Assembly (NCBI GenBank): GCA_963719315.1
Contig: CAVRBU010000004.1
Coordinates: 64,001-128,000, forward strand
Source of the DNA: an uncultured Planctomycetota bacterium
GTDB taxonomy: Bacteria; Planctomycetota; Planctomycetia; Pirellulales; Lacipirellulaceae
Direction of reading: 5' to 3'
Length of the DNA stretch: 64,000 nt
Below, one piece after another: positions 63,221 through 64,000 of the stretch (the first letter of the stretch is position 1; the number at the start of each line of letters is the position of its first letter). The notes below the pieces were generated by a model that was not told where the DNA came from, did not search any database, and saw only the letters and a list, made by a program, of their open reading frames with translations. The position numbers and the translations under genes were made by a program.

Positions 63221-63599
63221 TCGCATTAGCGAAGGCAAGGTCGTCGGTTGGCGCTCGGGTTCGCTGAAAGAAAGGGATGTTCAAATGAAAAGTTTCGTTA
63301 ATTGGTGCAAGGAAAGATTTCCCAAGCTCGGTCTAACAAAGAGAAATCAACGCCGCATAAGTCGTCCATACGGGCCGGCGTGCTGATGGCTTGTTCCAGC
63401 GTCAATCCGCCCGTAGCCTTGTCGACACCTTGGGAGCGGGCGAAGGATTCACGGCTATATTGGCAATTGGTGCGCTCCAAGGCGATTCACTTTCGGCAAT
63501 CAATGCCTGGGCAAGCCGCGTCGCGGTGTTCGCGTGCTCGCAACCTGGAACCATACCTCACCTTCCCAACTATCTGCATCAACCCTAGGGATCCAAATT

Positions 63600-64000
63600 A
63601 TGATTACGGCCGCATTCGCAGCGATCGCTTCCATCAGCCTGCTCAGCGTCGCTCCACAATACTCCGCGGAGCTTATCTTTCCGCTTCACGATCAGCACAA
63701 CCATGCGCCTGGAATCGTCGAATGTCCGAACGGCGACTTGCTAGTGTCCTGGTATCGCGGCTCTGGCGAGCGGAGCGCCGACGATGTGGCCATTTTCGGC
63801 GCGGAAAAAGCGAGGTGTGACGGCCTGGAGTGGAGCCTTTGTCTTGGCCGATACGCCTGGCTTTCCCGACTGTAACACGTGCATGATGATCGATGGGCAC
63901 GGTCGACTTTGGCTGTTTTGGCCGACGATTATTGCCAACACTTGGGAATCGTGTGTGACCAATTACCGCACGAGCAAAAAATACGCCGGACCAGGTTCGC
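63600..64000 (+). CDS. Sialidase-like protein, 3' end outside the window (frameshifts near 63805-63830)
   Basis: Signal peptide; HNHAPGIVECPNGDLLVSWYRGSGE; later ADTPGFPDCN and LWLFWPT. Confidence 0.75.

Noticed and set aside
10975..64000. Mass pseudogenisation or programmed frameshifting (shifts near 11047, 13252, 16290, 26233, 35885, 39775, 40000, 48610, 49755, 58588, 60378, 63805)
   Set aside because: Isolated single-base shifts in otherwise undegraded genes, often in GC runs, fit long-read consensus error better; short-read polishing would decide.

Overview
64 kb of GC-rich DNA from a Planctomycete. The Pirellulales/Lacipirellulaceae-like assignment is inferred from DUF1559 prepilin-like genes, PEP-CTERM proteins with GDYNxxGxVDAADYxxWR tails and an LEDR-type N-terminal motif. 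It is an accessory region. At the left, a 7.2 kb island lies between two identical 42-bp 3'-halves of tRNA-Pro(GGG); it carries a truncated integrase, mgtE, an IS3 and an arsR-acr3-orf-arsC-arsM operon. Next come carbohydrate and redox genes, eight PEP-CTERM surface-protein genes, three DUF1559 genes plus one decayed copy, a GH84 O-GlcNAcase with an adjacent GNAT and a DegT aminotransferase, and a PTS IIC. There are seven IS elements (IS3, IS21 inside IS630, IS1182, two IS4 at one site, a second IS630) and two families of small TIR-bounded elements carrying REP-like palindromes. The best candidate for an undescribed system is a duplicated module: sigma70-like promoter, a 160-aa His-rich ORF ending in the ribosome-arrest-type motif RGPP, a 122-nt spacer, then a DUF1559 gene. 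Many single-base frameshifts in otherwise intact genes look like sequencing or assembly errors. All product calls rest on motif recognition by eye; no database searches were run.
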